This document shows positions 59,322 through 64,000 of a stretch of 64,000 bases of DNA, piece after piece (within the stretch, counting starts at the first letter, position 1; the number at the start of each line of letters is the position of its first letter). The notes below the pieces were generated by a model that worked only from the letters and a program-made list of their open reading frames with translations, was not told where the DNA came from and ran no database searches. The DNA is taken from the NCBI GenBank assembly GCA_035533075.1, contig DATLUO010000064.1:12573-76572 (forward strand), written 5' to 3'. A program made the position numbers and the translations under genes. Origin of the DNA: Pirellulales bacterium. GTDB taxonomy: Bacteria > Planctomycetota > Planctomycetia > Pirellulales > JAICIG01.

Positions 59322-60146
59322 TCACTCTGTGCGGTTGCCGCTGCCCTCGACGCGATCGGCGACGAACGTGCGGTAATAGAGTGCGCACAGCAAGAGGTCG
59401 TCGTTGACGTCGGGCGGCAGGGCGAGCTTCTCGCGCAGCGGCTCGCCGACGTGCATGGCGATTTCCATCCGCCGCCGCCAGGGAAACGTTTGCCGCCGCT
59501 CGACGTAAGCGGCCAATGCCCGTGCCAGGCCGCGGCCCGGCTTGAACCCCGCCGGCAGCTCGGCCGCCAGCCGGACCGCTTCGGGCTCATTGATCTGCAC
59601 CACGCCGTAGTGCCGCTGCGGCTCTTCGATGATCACCATCGTGCCGGCCGCCAGATCGCCCAAGCGCTGATAGCGGTCGTTCATCGTGGCCGTCGCCAGG
59701 CCCAGCAGGTAGGTGGGAAACGAGATTGGAAAGGAGCCTAAATCGAGCGTCGCCTGCGGCAGCGCATCGGCCGACCGTAGAAAGTTGCGCAGCACGGCTT
59801 GCCAGCCGTTGATGGGTTGCCCCTCGTCGGAGACAACCCGGATGCGCATGAGCCGCTTGCCGGGCGTCTGGCCGTTCCAATAGGCCTCGAACAGGCCGCC
59901 GTAAAACCAGTCCAGCACGAACCAGGCGACCATCCCCAACCCGACGCCCATGCCCTGCTGTCCCAGAACTCCGAAGCCAACGTAGAGCCCAAACCAAAGC
60001 ATGGCGAGCGCCGCCACGCGGACCGCCACATCGATCAGATACGCCGGCAAGCGGCGAAACGGCCCCGCCACGCGGTACCGAAAGGCGATATTCTCAGGCG
60101 TGACAATCTCGATGCGCGTGTCGATCGGTGCGGCCTGAAGGTCCAT
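59322..60146 (-). CDS. RDD-family membrane protein
   Basis: 'FRRLPAYLIDVAVRVAALAMLWF' and 'GQTPGKRLMRIRVV'. The preferred start is ATG 60146. Confidence 0.82.
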   Translation of the reverse strand: MDLQAAPIDTRIEIVTPENIAFRYRVAGPFRRLPAYLIDVAVRVAALAMLWFGLYVGFGVLGQQGMGVGLGMVAWFVLDWFYGGLFEAYWNGQTPGKRLMRIRVVSDEGQPINGWQAVLRNFLRSADALPQATLDLGSFPISFPTYLLGLATATMNDRYQRLGDLAAGTMVIIEEPQRHYGVVQINEPEAVRLAAELPAGFKPGRGLARALAAYVERRQTFPWRRRMEIAMHVGEPLREKLALPPDVNDDLLLCALYYRTFVADRVEGSGNRTE

Positions 60147-60257
60147 AGTACACTCTCCGTCAGCAAACCACGAACGAGCAACCAGCAATCTACCGCAGGA
60201 TGTAATTTTTCACGTCACCATTACGACTTGACGGGCTGGTAAGCCCATCCTCCCGCG

Positions 60258-60536
60258 TTACGCCAGCCGCTTGATCTCGGTGAACTCGTCGATCGACACC
60301 GTGGAGAGCGAGCCGTCGTCGAGGCGGAGCGTGATCTCGTCGCTGAACACTTTGTCGTCGAGGTTGCGGCGAAAGTGCAGGCCGTGGCGGCGGCGCGTCA
60401 CGTGCTCCACCGTGCCCACGGTGCGGGTGGTCCAGACCTTCAGCCCCACCTTGATCTGATGGATCACTTCGATGCGATACCCCGGCCGCAGGCTGTTCAG
60501 TGCATCGCGTGTTGTCGGTTCGATCGCGGACATCAC
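60258..60536 (-). CDS. Small hypothetical protein abutting ilvC
   Basis: 92 aa. Its start codon is immediately adjacent to the ilvC stop codon. The composition looks coding. Confidence 0.55.
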   Translation of the reverse strand: MMSAIEPTTRDALNSLRPGYRIEVIHQIKVGLKVWTTRTVGTVEHVTRRRHGLHFRRNLDDKVFSDEITLRLDDGSLSTVSIDEFTEIKRLA

Positions 60537-61541
<1,005 letters not shown>

Positions 61542-61570
61542 GGCAGAAACTTCTTAAAGGTAATAGGGCG

Positions 61571-62083
61571 CTACTTTGAATCGCTGGCTAATTCGGCCGT
61601 CTTGCGTGCCCCGCGGACCATGGCGATGCGGCCGGTGCGGACGAGCTCCTTGATGCCGAAGGGCCGCATCAGTTCGATGAATGCCTCGATCTTGCGTTCC
61701 GGTCCGGAGATCTCGATCATCATTTCTTCGGGACAAACGTCGAGGATGCGGCCGCGGAAGACCTCGACCAACTCCTTGATCTCGCTGCGCATGCCGCCGT
61801 TGGCGGACGACACCTTGATCAGCATCAGGTCGCGTTCGACGAAGTCTTGCGAGCTGACGTCCAGCACGCGGACCACGGTGACGATCTTTTCGAGCTGTTT
61901 GCGGACTTGCTCCAGCACGCTATCGTCGCCGACGACGACGAAGGTCATCCGCGAAAAGTGCGGGTCTTCCGTCTCGCCGACGGCCAGGCTATCGATGTTG
62001 TAGCCGCGCGAGGCGAGCATGCCCGAAATGTGCGCAAGCACTCCCGGCACGTTCTGGACCACGGCGGACAACACATGACGCAT
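61571..62083 (-). CDS. ilvN: Acetolactate synthase small (regulatory) subunit
   Basis: 'MRHVLSAVVQNVPGVLAHISGMLASRGYNIDSLAVGETEDPHFSRMTFVV' is an ACT domain. The start is ATG 62083. Confidence 0.92.
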   Translation of the reverse strand: MRHVLSAVVQNVPGVLAHISGMLASRGYNIDSLAVGETEDPHFSRMTFVVVGDDSVLEQVRKQLEKIVTVVRVLDVSSQDFVERDLMLIKVSSANGGMRSEIKELVEVFRGRILDVCPEEMMIEISGPERKIEAFIELMRPFGIKELVRTGRIAMVRGARKTAELASDSK

Positions 62084-62248
62084 GCCGGACTCCGACCCCA
62101 AGGAAAGCCACTATCGTAGTTTGCCGTGCCCAGAGCGACAAGGGGCGGCAGGGGCGGCATCGCCACCTGCCGCCGCAGCCGACGCTGACCTCCGCCAACG
62201 TCAACGGCCGCGGCGAGCAATCGCGGGTCGCCGCTACCGACGTCCAAC

Positions 62249-62313
62249 CACAAAGAGCACGAAGGGCACAAAGAGGTCGATCTGGCTCTTTGTGTTCTTC
62301 GTGCCCTTTGTGG
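62249..62313. repeat. REP-like hairpin R6: 28-bp near-perfect inverted repeat 'CCACAAAGAGCACGAAGGGCACAAAGAG'
   Basis: Arm 62249-62276 pairs with arm 62286-62313, with 3 mismatches. Confidence 0.85.
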
Positions 62314-62363
62314 TTCGCTTCTTTGGCAACGGACTACGGGCAACTGACTACGGATCCTCCTGT

Positions 62364-62397
62364 GACTTTTGGACTTTCGACTTTGGACTTTGGACTT
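62364..62397. repeat. Solo GGACTTT heptamer array
   Basis: 'gacttttggactttcgactttggactttggactt', lying 20 nt 3' of the toxin-like ORF. Confidence 0.85.
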
Positions 62398-62417
62398 GAG
62401 GCTCCGCTCCGCGGCTT

Positions 62418-62681
62418 TCATTCAACGCCGCCAGATCCCAGCGAGTCCGGCCCTTTTTGGTTTCGGTTGCTGGTGACGAGCACATAACCCTTGTCCTGAC
62501 ATGCTTGCCAGACTTCGGCGTCGGCAGACTCAGCATCGAGACCGACGTCGTCGAAAGTTGCGTAACGGATGCCGAGCGCCTCCCAGAACTCAACCCAGGC
62601 GTCGGAGGTGAGCAAATCCACGAGGAAGTCGACGTGCCCTTGAATGTTCACGTCAGCAAGGATGCCCGTCACCGTTCGCAC
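62418..62681 (-). CDS. DUF5615-like (PIN-like) toxin candidate, possibly C-terminally truncated
   Basis: 'ILADVNIQGHVDFL...SADAEVWQACQDKGYVLVTSNRNQ' follows the DUF5615 pattern. GTG start. It overlaps the DUF433 gene, and it ends shortly after the 'LVT.N' motif. Confidence 0.6.
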   Translation of the reverse strand: MRTVTGILADVNIQGHVDFLVDLLTSDAWVEFWEALGIRYATFDDVGLDAESADAEVWQACQDKGYVLVTSNRNQKGPDSLGSGGVE

Positions 62682-63024
62682 CCTGGGCTAAACGTTGGCG
62701 CAGTCTTTCTTGAATCGCCGGCCATTTTTCGCGGGCCCGGCGTAAGAGCTCTTCGACGTGCGGCGGATTGCGGCGCGTGGCGTTCCGCTCGCGAATGCGG
62801 CGGTCCTCTTCCATCACTTCGTCGCGATGCTCGTCAACGTAACGCTCCACCGCCTGGATCTCGGCCACGGAAAGACTCGGCATGATCTGGCGAATCTCTT
62901 CGTAGCTGTATTTCAACTGGAAGTAGGGCACCAAGTCCTGCACGGTAATCCGGCTCGTCGAGAGCTGCGGCCCCCGGCCCTTATCGACAATCGTGATTTC
63001 AGCGTTCAGGTCACATCCCCCCAT
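62653..63024 (-). CDS. DUF433-type antitoxin-like HTH protein
   Basis: 'ITIVDKGRGPQLSTSRITVQDLVPYFQLKYSYEEIRQIMPSLSVAEIQAVERYV' matches the DUF433 core. Confidence 0.72.
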   Translation of the reverse strand: MGGCDLNAEITIVDKGRGPQLSTSRITVQDLVPYFQLKYSYEEIRQIMPSLSVAEIQAVERYVDEHRDEVMEEDRRIRERNATRRNPPHVEELLRRAREKWPAIQERLRQRLAQGANGDGHPC

Positions 63025-63150
63025 TCGCCCCCGCTCTTTATTCTATCGTCGGCAGTCTTTGAACAGAAGCGAACAAAAGGCAACGAAGAAAGGCATAGGC
63101 GTGATGCCCCGGATTTCCATGCCAACCCTATGCCTGCTGCATTAGTTCCC

Positions 63151-64000
63151 CTATCTCGCGGCTGGGCTCTTTGGCACCCCATCGATCCGTTGCAACAGTT
63201 TATTGGCGAGGTTGGGTGAGCCAGGAAGCCCCAACCTTAGGGCGCTTTTGAGGTAAGCCTTGGCCGTTTGCCGGTGTGGCTCGAACCGCGCCAGCGCGAA
63301 GGCGGCGTAGCAGCGGACTTTCAAGTCGACCAGGTGGTTTGCCGTCACGATGCGCTCTAAGGCGGGCACCAAGGGCTCCGCGTGCGGACCGAGTTCCCAC
63401 ACCGTGTCGGCGATCTTATCAGCGACGTTGTCGAATGGGTCCCCTCCGAAGCTGAACATACTTGCGGTACTTCCGATTGCCGATCTTCGCTCCCACTCCA
63501 GCAACAAACTCCGCATGCGGGGAACGAGAGAAGGGTGGGTGGGGTCGATTCTGGCCAGCGTCAAGACAGCTCCTCCCCTGATCGACCGATCATCGAAATT
63601 GGCGAGTCGGAGAAGCTCAGGCACCGCGTCGCGCGCTCCCGAGCCTATGCCAGCCAGCGCATCGAGGCGAGCAAAGTATTCGCCCGGAAAGTAGTCGTAT
63701 TCGTCCGAGTCGGGCAACTGCCGTATGGCTTTCAGCGATTCCAGGAGCTTGGGGACGACCGCCCTTGCCGTCGGGCCGATATGGCCGAGCGCCTCGGTCG
63801 CCGCATCGCACGAATCCTCGTCGTCCAGCAACTCGATAAGACGAGGAACCGAATCCTTGGCCGTCTGGCCGATCCGACCCAGCGCCTCGGCGGCCGCGCG
63901 ACGCACGTCCCGGTTGTCGTCTTGCAAGGCTGCGGTCAAATAGGACAGCTCGGGACCATTGGAGGCCATGCCCACAACTGCGTCCTTGGCCGCCGGGCCG
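63151..64000 (-). CDS. HEAT-repeat protein (5' end probably beyond the window)
   Basis: Repeated 'D..VR..AA.ALG.IG..A...VP.L..LL'. The frame stays open up to position 64000. Confidence 0.78.
   Translation of the reverse strand, partial: GPAAKDAVVGMASNGPELSYLTAALQDDNRDVRRAAAEALGRIGQTAKDSVPRLIELLDDEDSCDAATEALGHIGPTARAVVPKLLESLKAIRQLPDSDEYDYFPGEYFARLDALAGIGSGARDAVPELLRLANFDDRSIRGGAVLTLARIDPTHPSLVPRMRSLLLEWERRSAIGSTASMFSFGGDPFDNVADKIADTVWELGPHAEPLVPALERIVTANHLVDLKVRCYAAFALARFEPHRQTAKAYLKSALRLGLPGSPNLANKLLQRIDGVPKSPAAR

Overview
GC-rich bacterial chromosomal window. The gene content points to Planctomycetota, Pirellulales-like: a giant repeat protein, an ECF sigma factor with a Ser/Thr kinase, a sulfatase, and small proteins with an N-terminal 'QFSLRxLL' motif. 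This lineage call is an inference, not a database result.

One 19.4-kb minus-strand ORF (12805-32211, 6468 aa) dominates the window. It encodes a multi-domain surface-type protein with SBBP-type repeats, 21 PKD-like 'WGDG' domains, 2 BNR/sialidase-like propellers, about 20 FG-GAP/VCBS repeats and a DUF4214 tail. It appears to consist of two complete units joined end to end.

Flanking housekeeping and accessory genes:
- RND efflux pair.
- ettA.
- gmd inside a decayed sugar/LPS cluster.
- ECF sigma - ICMT-like methyltransferase - Ser/Thr kinase module.
- hpf-ptsN-ptsH-ptsI.
- TIGR03936-like gene, RNase E/G and maf.
- Arylsulfatase.
- A translationally coupled trio (prenyltransferase-like / unknown / amidohydrolase).
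- An RDD protein plus a large lipoprotein.
- ilvN-ilvC.
- A DUF433/DUF5615-type toxin-antitoxin pair.
- A HEAT-repeat gene.

I recognised no rRNA, tRNA, CRISPR array, transposase or integrase.

The structure that genes do not explain is a dense population of small repeats.
- (a) At least six REP-like palindromic families. Several sit in frame inside coding sequences, or supply the stop codon of the upstream gene.
- (b) Short-period tandem arrays (period 7 or 8 nt). They are often arranged as long inverted pairs just after stop codons, and each locus uses its own unit.

Every call comes from reading the six-frame translations and the raw sequence. Family names come from memory of conserved motifs, and no database search was run.
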